A DNA stretch of 64,000 nucleotides from an uncultured Methanoregulaceae archaeon. Its GTDB lineage: Archaea; Halobacteriota; Methanomicrobia; Methanomicrobiales; Methanospirillaceae. The notes beneath the pieces are model-generated. The model saw nothing but the letters and a program-made list of their open reading frames with translations. It was not told the DNA's origin and did no database searches. Numbering within the stretch: the first letter of the stretch is position 1; every line of letters starts with the position of its first letter. Below are positions 54,769-64,000 of the stretch, one piece after another. The position numbers and the translations under genes are program-made. The stretch spans positions 1,472,001 to 1,536,000 of the forward strand of contig OY970061.1 of NCBI GenBank assembly GCA_963705255.1, written 5' to 3'.

Positions 54769-55707
54769 TCAGAGGGGCCGGAACCCATAATCCTTAAGGT
54801 CCTGCTGTCCGAAGGCAGAAAGCATGAAATTCTCGAAATCCGCAGATGCACCCGTGCTGGTGGATCCTTTCAGGACACCAATGGTGTAGGTCTGGAGATA
54901 ATTGTCTTTCTTCGGGATGGTAATTGCAAGGTAGGTGTTCTTGGGCGCTGCCGTATAGGTGGATTCGTACACGAACCCTGCATCCACTTCACCGAGAGAG
55001 ACCTTGGTCGCAACAGCCGGTTCCGAGGTCTCATAGGTGACCACATTTTTGAAGACTGAGCTGTTCCAGTCCGCGTTATAGGTGTCTTTCGCAAGGTTGG
55101 CTAGCACTGCTACGGTGGCAGTACCGGCCGGGACGCTCTTGTCCTCCATCGCGATCTTCACCCCGGGATTTGCCAGGTCGGCCATGGATTGGATATTACC
55201 GGGGTTGCTGGCCGGGAGGATGACGATAACATAGTTTGATGTAAGAGGATGCACCGTACTATTCACGAAATAGCCCTCTCCCTTGAGCGTGTTTGTGTAG
55301 GAGTTGCTGGCGGAGATGAACACATCTGCATAGGCACCGTTCTCGACCTGTGTCTTCAGGGCCTGGGTCCCGTCGAGGTTGAACACGACCGTGTCTCCGG
55401 GATACATCTTTTCGAAATCCGACGCAAGCTTCGGAGAGACACCGCTAAGAGAGGCTGCGGTGTACGCCACCACATTGCCCTGGGACGGGGTAAACGTGGG
55501 TTTGGGCGTGCCCGTGGTCGCAGCAGCCGGTGTTGGCACCGGTGCAGCTGTCGTCACGGCAGGCTGGGGCGTCGGGGCGGGTGTTGCTGGCGGGGTCTGG
55601 GACTGCGGGGCGGTGGAGGTGCAGCCTGCAAGGAATGCCGTTGCCAGCAGGAGTCCGCATACGATACCAATAAGGATAAGACTGTTTTTACTCAATGACC
55701 GTTTCAT
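54769..55707 (-). CDS. modA: Molybdate ABC transporter substrate-binding lipoprotein
   Basis: LAGC lipobox, AASL, QVENGA.ADVFISA, VPAG, GEVDAGFVY.S. Confidence 0.9.
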   Translation of the reverse strand: MKRSLSKNSLILIGIVCGLLLATAFLAGCTSTAPQSQTPPATPAPTPQPAVTTAAPVPTPAAATTGTPKPTFTPSQGNVVAYTAASLSGVSPKLASDFEKMYPGDTVVFNLDGTQALKTQVENGAYADVFISASNSYTNTLKGEGYFVNSTVHPLTSNYVIVILPASNPGNIQSMADLANPGVKIAMEDKSVPAGTATVAVLANLAKDTYNADWNSSVFKNVVTYETSEPAVATKVSLGEVDAGFVYESTYTAAPKNTYLAITIPKKDNYLQTYTIGVLKGSTSTGASADFENFMLSAFGQQDLKDYGFRPL

Positions 55708-55865
55708 AGGTATCATTCCTTTGAACACAACCCTATTGGTCATGGTTACGTAAAATTATTTTCATTTAACTTTTAAAATTGATAACTATAATTAGTTAAT
55801 ATTCCCATTTTTTGATACATAAAATCTTTCAAAGGTCACTCAGGAATATAAAAACAGGGAAGGGA

Positions 55866-56075
55866 TCAATCGACAGCAATCATCACTTCACTGGATTTAA
55901 TAACCGCATACGCTGTGACACCGGGTGCGAGACCCAGCGTCTCGACAGATTTTTTTGTGATGATTGAAGTAATCTCCGATCCATCCGCAAGTTTGAGCGT
56001 GACTTCCGAGTTTACACTCCCTGGTATGATCCGCGTTACTTTGCCTTTCAACATGTTTCTTGCACTTATTTTCAC
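55866..56075 (-). CDS. TOBE/Mop molybdenum-binding protein
   Basis: KISARN.L.G.V..ITSIIT..S...LGL..G..A.IKSSEV; GTG start with GGAG RBS. Confidence 0.92.
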   Translation of the reverse strand: MKISARNMLKGKVTRIIPGSVNSEVTLKLADGSEITSIITKKSVETLGLAPGVTAYAVIKSSEVMIAVD

Positions 56076-56814
56076 AAACGAACATCTCCAGTACTTTCTT
56101 ACACGCCAGTGCGTGATTAGGTTTGGTCATTGTGTTTATTCTTAAAATAAATATCGGTAGTGGAAGTCATACCAGAAATTACCGATACGGTATCGTGTTC
56201 AGATCAAAATAGTTTTTCAGCTCTCCGTGTATCCTGGTTTTGATACCTGATTCGCTAAGGCCAAGTATACCCCGACATTAAGTAATTTAACTTAATTTGT
56301 ATATGAAGTTAAATAAAAAATATTATAAACAGAGATGTCTAACATGATTATTGTCCCTTGGAAACACGCACCAACCGGACACATGCACACACATACTTAA
56401 ATGCACACACATATTTCAGCCAGTATTTTGGTCAGGAAATTCCCCGGTGAACAGGACCGGGGAATTATTTTCTCATCTACCGGATATTCATCATCTGATG
56501 CAATGGTATTCCCCGCGTCAGTACGCTGGCTGGCAATCCGGCAGCATTTTCATAATGAGATCCTGTCTTTATTTTCCATGTCGGATTTTCACCCCATTAA
56601 CAAATTCCCTGCAGATGTCAACTCATCAGGGCCGCATTTTTTCTTTTAATTCACATTAAGCGAGAAATTGATGCAGTTCCTTCAAGTTCACTTTCTTGAT
56701 ATTTTTCGTTTTTTCAATACATCCGAGGGCTCTTGTCAAGAGGAAATGCAGGCCCTTTCACCTATCGTTATTATTATAGAAGGACTGGAAATCGATTTTG
56801 ATCCAACCCGTCCT

Positions 56815-57549
56815 TCATGCAGTAATTGCTTCCTGGGTATCGGAGAACCTGTTTTCCGGGAGTTTTATCCGGACATCCGACTGGCAGACCATGGAAACAA
56901 TACAGATACCGATACCCAGAAAGCCGAAGGCTATCAGATAGTACCCTGACCAGTTCATGGCAAACTGGAATACAAGGAAAAAAAAGAGGATCGAGCCGTG
57001 GTAGATATGAAAACGGAGTATCCGGTTATCCATGACGTCGCAGGGTCGTATCGATCCGAAAATCCTGGTATCATTCATTGGATAGAAAGGGGAGATCCCT
57101 TTTCGGGTACAGAGATCTTCTGCAAGATGGAGGAGCATTCCCAACAATATTCCCCCGAGAGATCCCATGAACAGGGAAACAGGAATATAATTTTTAAAAA
57201 GGGAGACGAGGACATACGCTATTCCTGCCAGTATGGTGAAATACAAGAAAACCCCGGGGATTGAATGGGTCAGCCGCTTGTCTCCCGGTTCAGCGGCAAT
57301 TTTAAAAAATCTGCTGTACAGTGTGCATATGACCGGTATACAGATCAACCTGCCAGCCTGCACAATCCTCCAGGCAATCATGAGGAGAATGCTTTTTTTG
57401 GGCCGTTTCATGTGGATATCCGGAAGAATGATGCCAATACCTGTTCCCGCTGTCACCAGTACTGCCAGAAATGGATCAAAAACCACTATTGCGCTGCCGA
57501 GGATAATGCTGCAGAGCAGTCCAAGTACGACGTGATGGCGAGTGAGCAT
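56815..57549 (-). CDS. YdjM-like membrane-bound metal-dependent hydrolase
   Basis: H..G, LPDI, R.LTHS, HL..D..T.KG..PFYP. Confidence 0.8.
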   Translation of the reverse strand: MLTRHHVVLGLLCSIILGSAIVVFDPFLAVLVTAGTGIGIILPDIHMKRPKKSILLMIAWRIVQAGRLICIPVICTLYSRFFKIAAEPGDKRLTHSIPGVFLYFTILAGIAYVLVSLFKNYIPVSLFMGSLGGILLGMLLHLAEDLCTRKGISPFYPMNDTRIFGSIRPCDVMDNRILRFHIYHGSILFFFLVFQFAMNWSGYYLIAFGFLGIGICIVSMVCQSDVRIKLPENRFSDTQEAITA

Positions 57550-57579
57550 GGACGGAGTTTCCGTGGAATGTCCGGTAGT

Positions 57580-58002
57580 TCAGGCTGTAACTGGCAGTTC
57601 CATCACAAATTTTCTGGCATTCTTCTTCTTTGTGAGCCAGACAAGTTTTCCACCGGCAAATGCAAACGCGGTCATCAGGAGGATCCGTATGTGGGGCGGG
57701 ATGCCGGAGATATCGGTTGCCTGGGGCGTGAGCAGGTGCTTTTTTGTGTGGGATCCATGACCATCGGGCAGCGAATCGAGTGCGCTGATCAACTCTTCTT
57801 TTGGTTCCGGGTCCAAGGATACCGCAATAAATCCAATTTCCGTCCCTGCCCATTTGCTTCGGGAAATCCGGTAAAAACATCCCGGGATCCGGGATCCCTG
57901 TACCCGTTCAATGGTCCATCCATCATATTCGGGTAACATCTGGCGAATATCTCGTTCTGCAAACAGCTCCATCACATCTTTTGGTGAGCCCATAATGATC
58001 AC
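57580..58002 (-). CDS. Hypothetical protein
   Basis: 140-aa ORF co-directional with the hydrolase gene. Confidence 0.6.
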   Translation of the reverse strand: MIIMGSPKDVMELFAERDIRQMLPEYDGWTIERVQGSRIPGCFYRISRSKWAGTEIGFIAVSLDPEPKEELISALDSLPDGHGSHTKKHLLTPQATDISGIPPHIRILLMTAFAFAGGKLVWLTKKKNARKFVMELPVTA

Positions 58003-58419
58003 AATTCTGTAGTATTTCCGATCATATAAGTTTTAGTAATTTTAATTTACTTTTTAAAGAAATTAACTATAAATATTTAATAGGGAAGATTACCTGAACT
58101 CAATTGGAACTGATCTAATCACCATGGCCCGGCCAAGCACGGTTTTACTGAAAATATCGTGCAGGGTGGATATGAGAGGTCTTCGCTTTCATCAGTCTGT
58201 CCCACGATAACGGCAATAAAAGATAGTATTGCTCTTTTTTTACCGGGAAGGGTCATGAGGCAACTATGCTTTTTATAAACATAAAGTGATTAACAAATGA
58301 TCATAGTTAAATACATTTTTTAACAAGTAATATGTTGGCATGATGGATGAAATGCGCTCATATCGTTCCACTATAGCAGAACCATTCATGAAATCGTCAT
58401 GACTGATGGAGGGAACCGG

Positions 58420-59090
58420 ATGATCAGGATTAAGAATCGGAAAATACGAGAACATGAAGATGCAGTTTCCCCGGTTGTCGGTGTGATGCTGATGCTCGTC
58501 GTCACCATTATCATTGCAGCAGTGGTAAGCGGTTTTGCCGGCGGATTGATCGGGGGAAGCAACCAGAAGACCCCCACGCTCGTCATGGACGTGAAGATTA
58601 CGAATACGGGAAATGCTGCCACCAGCAGCTTTCTGCAACTGTTAGCAGTATAAGTGATCCAACCCCTTCGAGTAATCTGTGGCTGACAACTTCCTGGGTG
58701 ACCACAATGAAGGTTCAAGGCGTGTCGACAGGGACCAAAGCATCTACTGTGATGGGAGCAGCATTTGCCAGCGGGGGAAACTCAACGATTAATGGCGCAC
58801 CGTATGGATTCGGTCCCGGGGTTACCGGGTCCACAAATCTGGTTTCGCCCTATCTCCCAAACCAGAACTTTGGCAACTACACATTTACCCAGGGTACCGG
58901 GCTGGTTGCTGAACCCGCTTCATCGTATTCCGGGTATTCTACCAGTGGCGGCATAAACAGTGCAATGCAAACGGTCCTCGGGAGCGGCTGGGAACAATTA
59001 AGTCCGGGAGATATCGTCACGGTTCGTGTCATTTATGTACCTACAGGTAAGGCCATTTTCCAGAAAGATGTGGCAGTTACGGGGGCTTAA
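58420..59090 (+). CDS. Archaeal type IV pilin-like protein A1, frameshift near 58648
   Basis: EDA/VSPVVGVMLML class III signal; C-terminus MQTVLG..W.QL..GDIV..PTGK.IFQKDV. Confidence 0.82.
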
Positions 59091-59092
59091 CG

Positions 59093-59641
59093 ATGAAGAA
59101 GATCAATGAGAATGGAGTTTCACCGGTGGTGGGCGTGATGCTGATGCTGATCGTGGTGATTATCATCGCTGCGGTGGTATCCGCATTTGCCGGTGGTGCA
59201 GTAAGCGGAGTGAATAAAGTCTCGCAGGCAACAATCACCGGGACATTCAGCGTCGGGAATGGCCTTGAGATCGATCATGCAGGTGGCGATAGCCTCGCAA
59301 CTGCTAGTACGATCTTCACCATTTTTGATGGTCCCACGTTCGGGCAGAATCTTGATCAGAAGACCGCCCAGGTCCTGAACAAGACCCTGATCACCGATAT
59401 CAATGGCAATCCTCTGGATAATGGTTATGGATCATCGAGTGTTACCGTATTTTTGCCCGGGACTGCCCTGTTCATCAACGGTACAATGGCGACCTGCCAG
59501 AATCTCCAGCCGTCAGTTTATTTATCAAATCCCAGCTACTGTATCAGCAATTCCACTAATATCGGGAAAACCTTCACACTTGAGGTAAGCGATAACCATG
59601 GAAATCTGATCTCAAAGACGGATGTGACCATTAAACCGTAA
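59093..59641 (+). CDS. Archaeal type IV pilin-like protein B1
   Basis: ENG/VSPVVGVMLML; HAGGD motif. Confidence 0.9.
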   Translation: MKKINENGVSPVVGVMLMLIVVIIIAAVVSAFAGGAVSGVNKVSQATITGTFSVGNGLEIDHAGGDSLATASTIFTIFDGPTFGQNLDQKTAQVLNKTLITDINGNPLDNGYGSSSVTVFLPGTALFINGTMATCQNLQPSVYLSNPSYCISNSTNIGKTFTLEVSDNHGNLISKTDVTIKP

Positions 59642-59692
59642 CCGTGTCAGAACGGATGCACGAAACTCAGTCGAATAAAAGGGAGAGAGTAC

Positions 59693-60727
59693 ATGAAACA
59701 ACAGAATGAAAGGGCCGTATCCCCGGTGGTGGGCGTGATGCTGATGCTGATCGTGGTGATCATCATCGCAGCAGTTGTCTCCGGGTTTGCCGGTGGGCTG
59801 GTTGGTGGTAAAAACCAGAAAGTTCCCCAACTTGTCATGGACGTAAGTATTGCGAACAGCGGTTACTGGTCAACGAGTTATATCAAGGGAGAGGTAACCG
59901 GAGTGGATGCCCCTATCAACACCAGGGATCTGGAAATTGTTACATCCTGGACTAAGAGCCTCAACAACGGGACAATGATAACTGGCGGGGCAACAACGAT
60001 GCCCGGGGTAGTTAATTTCAATGCGATCTATAGTACCCATGGAAGCTACGGGTATGATTTGTGGCGGCTTACCGTCCCGCAGGGTTATGGGGCCGGCGTT
60101 GGACAGAACGCGACGTATCCAGGTAATATCTTCTGGACTCTCGAAGGAGGCACCGGTACTAATGGCGGCGCTACCCTGTATAATCTTGAACATACTGGAA
60201 CCGCTACAAATAATTCATGGTGGGGGAATTACTACCTCCAGGCCGGTACAGAATTCTTATGCCGGCCGTTCGGGGGATCGAATAACGGACAACAGGCGGG
60301 CAATTCGGAGTATACCGTTGGTTATGGCGTAGGCAGCAGCACCACCAGCCCCGCTGTGAGATACCAGTACGTTTACGGGGATGTTGCCAATTCCGGTACT
60401 TGTGCAATAACAATGATCGGGGGTCTGAATGGGGGAGGGGGAGGGGGTCTGGGATATCCGGCCGTGACATGCAGTGGTGCACATTTCTATCCCTACCCCA
60501 CCGGTAATCAACTTCCTGACCCGGAGCCAACAACATACGTCCCCAGCCTTATTCCAGGTAATCCCTGGGATCCAACAACGTACAGCATCGACCAGATGCA
60601 GGGAGTGCTCGGCGTGAACTGGGACCAGCTGCGGGCCGGCGATATTGTTCACATGAAAATAATTCACATACCCACCGGAAAGATCATCTGGCAGAAAGAT
60701 GTTGTCGTGCAGGGAAGTGTATTATGA
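59693..60727 (+). CDS. Archaeal type IV pilin-like protein A2 (long)
   Basis: ERA/VSPVVGVMLML; C-terminus homologous to A1. Confidence 0.9.
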   Translation: MKQQNERAVSPVVGVMLMLIVVIIIAAVVSGFAGGLVGGKNQKVPQLVMDVSIANSGYWSTSYIKGEVTGVDAPINTRDLEIVTSWTKSLNNGTMITGGATTMPGVVNFNAIYSTHGSYGYDLWRLTVPQGYGAGVGQNATYPGNIFWTLEGGTGTNGGATLYNLEHTGTATNNSWWGNYYLQAGTEFLCRPFGGSNNGQQAGNSEYTVGYGVGSSTTSPAVRYQYVYGDVANSGTCAITMIGGLNGGGGGGLGYPAVTCSGAHFYPYPTGNQLPDPEPTTYVPSLIPGNPWDPTTYSIDQMQGVLGVNWDQLRAGDIVHMKIIHIPTGKIIWQKDVVVQGSVL

Positions 60728-61251
60728 GACCGCAGAATGAAAGTGCAGTATCCCCGGTAGTAGGCGTAATGCTGATGCTGATCGTGGTGATCATCATTGC
60801 GGCTATTGTCAGCGGCTTTCCCGGCAGCCTGGTAAGTTCAAACAACAAAGCCCCAGAGGCGAATATCCAGGGAACGTACAGCGCGTCGGCAGGCATACTC
60901 CAGATGTACCATGCCGGTGGCGATGAACTAGCGACCCAGAAAATTTTTGTCGTGGTGCGATTGAAGGATGAAGAGAACGGAGGTTTCTCCGGCACCATGT
61001 CACGAAGCAGTACCAATAAATCCAATATATGTAATTCTGCAGGAACGTGCTGGCTCAATGCCACGACAGGTTTGGTTGATCTGCCCGTATGGACGCCAGG
61101 CCAGACCATGTATTATACAGGAACCTCCGGGACCGGCATGTCCACGGCCACGGGCCTTACTACAGCCAGTATCGGAAATACCTTCACCCTCGAAGTCGAT
61201 ACCATCGATGGAAAACTGATCTCCAAGAGCGATGTAAAGATTGGTCCATAG
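60724..61251 (+). CDS. Archaeal type IV pilin-like protein B2
   Basis: ESA/VSPVVGVMLML; HAGGD motif; C-terminus homologous to B1. Confidence 0.9.
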   Translation: MRPQNESAVSPVVGVMLMLIVVIIIAAIVSGFPGSLVSSNNKAPEANIQGTYSASAGILQMYHAGGDELATQKIFVVVRLKDEENGGFSGTMSRSSTNKSNICNSAGTCWLNATTGLVDLPVWTPGQTMYYTGTSGTGMSTATGLTTASIGNTFTLEVDTIDGKLISKSDVKIGP

Positions 61252-61424
61252 AACGGAGGATAATTTTCACCGGACAGATCTTGCATGAAGGAGGACTATC
61301 TCCTCCTTTAAGGAAGGATCACCAGTTTTTTTTAATCTCTCTCATCTCACCAGAAATGTTGACAGACAAAAAAAACAGACCCCGTTAAAAAAACAGCCTG
61401 CCGGCAGTATATGAATGATATCCC

Positions 61425-62099
61425 ATGACAGAAACATCCGAATCCTTCTGGAAAACCGCGGACGATGCCCGGCAGTACGACGAGTTTGCAAAAACCACGT
61501 TTGCCCGGATCTACCCGATCATCGCCAACCAGATCCTCGACCGGACCGGGATCAGCACGGGCACCTGCCTCGATGTGGGATCCGGGCCGGCGCCACTTGC
61601 GATTGCCATTGCACTCCTCTCGGATCTCCGTGTGACGGCACTCGACAGTTCGCGAGAGATGCACACACTTGCCGTGCAGAATGTCCGGGCCCGGGGTCTT
61701 TCACGACGCGTAATCCCGGTGATAGGGGATGTCCATGCAATTCCTGCTGATGATGGCGCGTTCGACCTCGTAGTGAGCCGGGGGTCCTACCACTTCTGGC
61801 AGGATCTCCCGGCCGCATTCCGGGAGATCCTCCGGGTCATGAAGCCGGGCGGTGCAACCTATATTGGCGGGGGATACGGGACCTCACAGATCAAGGCAGA
61901 AGTCATTGCCGGGCGAAAGGAGCGCGGGATCGTGGACGATCCGGATCATCCGGCACGTACCCGGTTCCGCAAGTTCCGGGCCGGTGAGATCGAAGCCTCG
62001 ATTGAATCTGCCGGGATCAACGATTACCGGATCATCAGCGATGATGCCGGGTTCTGGATGGTCATCAGAAAAAATGGTGGGACGAAGAAACCGGAATAG
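61425..62099 (+). CDS. Class I SAM-dependent methyltransferase
   Basis: LDVGSGP, ALD.S, GDVH.IP, FDLVVSRGS, RVMKPGG. Confidence 0.92.
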   Translation: MTETSESFWKTADDARQYDEFAKTTFARIYPIIANQILDRTGISTGTCLDVGSGPAPLAIAIALLSDLRVTALDSSREMHTLAVQNVRARGLSRRVIPVIGDVHAIPADDGAFDLVVSRGSYHFWQDLPAAFREILRVMKPGGATYIGGGYGTSQIKAEVIAGRKERGIVDDPDHPARTRFRKFRAGEIEASIESAGINDYRIISDDAGFWMVIRKNGGTKKPE

Positions 62100-62670
62100 T
62101 TCTGCTTTCTCTAAAAACCGGTCCTGAAATTCTTCCCTTCAGTCATAATTTTTTTTAAGATTGATCATTCATCCGTGCGCGTGATAAAAAAATCCGCCAA
62201 ATTTTTCTATAACCGTCAGAAGATTCTGCCAGGATCCAAATGGTTGTGAACCGGTTGGGGATCCTTTCGGACAGAGGCAGTTATCCCTCATCTGATCCAT
62301 GAGATCTATCCCCGATCACCCGGGATCCCAAATTGCCTTTTCCTTCTGCCACCCCTGGTGGGTGTACCCGATCCCAGAGCCGATCATCAAATTAAAAGGG
62401 TCCTATTAGCGCAGTTTTGCCTCTACGACGTAAAATTTTGCAAACCGGGGCAGGATCAGACAATTCCAGGGCATTTCAGCTGGTATTTTTGGTGAATTCC
62501 GCAGTTTTTCGGTCTCCCGAAAGAAGGGTGTCTCCGGAAAATCGCTTGAAATATCCTCCGTTTGACAAAAGGAGGCCATTTTATGATAGGGGATTTCAGG
62601 ACAGGAGCAGTACTCCCCGTGAGGCAGTTCTCCGACGGAGGACTCTCGACGGGGGTCCCGGATACGGGTT

Positions 62671-63118
62671 TCAGGGATTGAATGTGTCCCCCGGCTGGTG
62701 AGGGGAGACTGCAACCGGCTGCGTGACGGGGGTCACGGTTCCCGGCTGTGGGACCGGAGATTTTTGAGGGAGCAGGGCACCGTCCCGCCCGAGTTCGGCG
62801 AGTCCGGTGTCGCAGACCCGGAAGAATCTCCAGCAGTACTCCGGTGAACAGATCCAGAGCTCGCGGGAAATTTCCCGGGATGACGGGGAACATCTTCAGG
62901 CCGCTGATCTCCTCATGTGCCTCCCGCTCCAGCCACTGCATGGTGCAACGGAGGTAACGCATGCGTTTGATCCGGACCTGCGCCAGGCACGGAGGGATTG
63001 CAATGGAGAAGTCACCGATCATACCGGGAACGCGCTCGTAATAGTGAACGAGTCCCCGTTTTTTTGCGATCTTGTCTGCTTCTTCCAGTGCCCTGATCGG
63101 GTGCCGGCCGCGGCTCAT
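62671..63118 (-). CDS. Hypothetical protein, frameshift near 62880
   Basis: MSRGRHP..GDF..VRIKR; the shifted frame continues SRELWICSPEYCWRFFRV to a stop at 62671; GGAGG RBS. Confidence 0.6.
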
Positions 63119-63551
63119 GGTGCACCTCCGGAAATTTTTGATATGCCGGGGCGGGATGGTCGCGTTGCGGCGAGGATGTGTTCCTCTGCGATTGGTGGAA
63201 TTCCTGCGGCCGGGCTAGTGCCCGGCATACGATCGTGTGCTGTGAGTTTCAGTTCAGCTGCTTTCGTGGTGAACTGGTTGTTCCTGTCTATGACAAATCC
63301 TCCTACGATTTTCTGCTCCGGGCCGGATCCTGATTTATCACTCTTTTACGGGAAATCGGCCGGGCCGGATACCTCTTCAACTATTATTGATCAAGATATA
63401 TATACATTTTAGTATGAATTGAAAACGGGAAGTGGAACGTTCATCCGGAACCTTGGTGCCATTGTTGAACGGGCAATATGACAGAACGATTAATAAAACT
63501 ACGACCATCAGTTTCACGAAAAAATCAGAACCGTCACGGTTTTCCCCCCAT

Positions 63552-64000
63552 TCACAGGCACCCGACGTTATACTTCCGCTGGTGTTTCCGCAGGGCGGTC
63601 TCCATGTCCGGGGCATTCATCACATCGGCTGCAAACCGGGCCGGGTCGCTGATGGCAACGGACATGACAATGTTGATCCCGTTCTCAAAGAGCACGTCCG
63701 GGATCAGCTGGGCGCTCGACCCGTAGAGTGCACGTATACGGGCATACTTCGCATATCCCACGACCTCTTCGAAGGTACCATTCACGAGCGTAGAACCGGT
63801 GATGATCGTAACATCCGCGTCTTTGAGCACTTCCTGGTTCTCCTCGACCGGGTGGACGGTGATACCGGCAGGTCCGTAGCTGACCGTTTCACCGACAATT
63901 GTTGTCCGGAAGGTTTCCACCGGCCGCTGGTCGGTAACATGCAGTTCCCGGCACCGCCCGGTATAGCTCTTGACTGAGGCCCCCGTATCCCACGATCACC
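63552..64000 (-). CDS. DUF364/Rossmann-like domain protein, 5' end outside the window
   Basis: L.DADV.IITGSTLVNGT....YGSSA.L.P..LF..G pattern. Confidence 0.8.

Noticed and set aside
56080-56350. Moco/tungsten riboswitch upstream of the TOBE gene
   Set aside because: No convincing multi-stem structure; the region looks like an AT-rich promoter.

Overview
Archaeal chromosomal DNA from a hydrogenotrophic methanogen, most consistent with Methanomicrobiales (Methanoregula-like; inferred from gene content such as rpl11-rpl1-rpl10-rpl12, hypF and split GMP synthase). Housekeeping genes (ribosomal stalk operon, hypF, pyrG, guaA-B subunit, argD, hisC, hisD, modABC) are interleaved with accessory loci. 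These include a low-GC KAP NTPase insert, a Fic gene beside 32-bp periodic arrays, a large propeller/IPT surface protein bracketed by a duplicated 3' end of a CDP-alcohol phosphatidyltransferase gene, a receptor-like Ser/Thr kinase paired with an HTH-FHA protein, a GT2-TPR-BrxD-like ATPase operon, and four type IV pilin-like genes in an A-B-A-B arrangement next to a molybdate transporter. A family of palindromic intergenic repeats occurs at four sites. About 18 single-indel frameshifts, several in normally essential genes, most likely reflect sequencing/assembly error. No rRNA, tRNA, CRISPR array, transposase or integrase was recognised. All family calls come from motif recognition by eye; no database searches were run.
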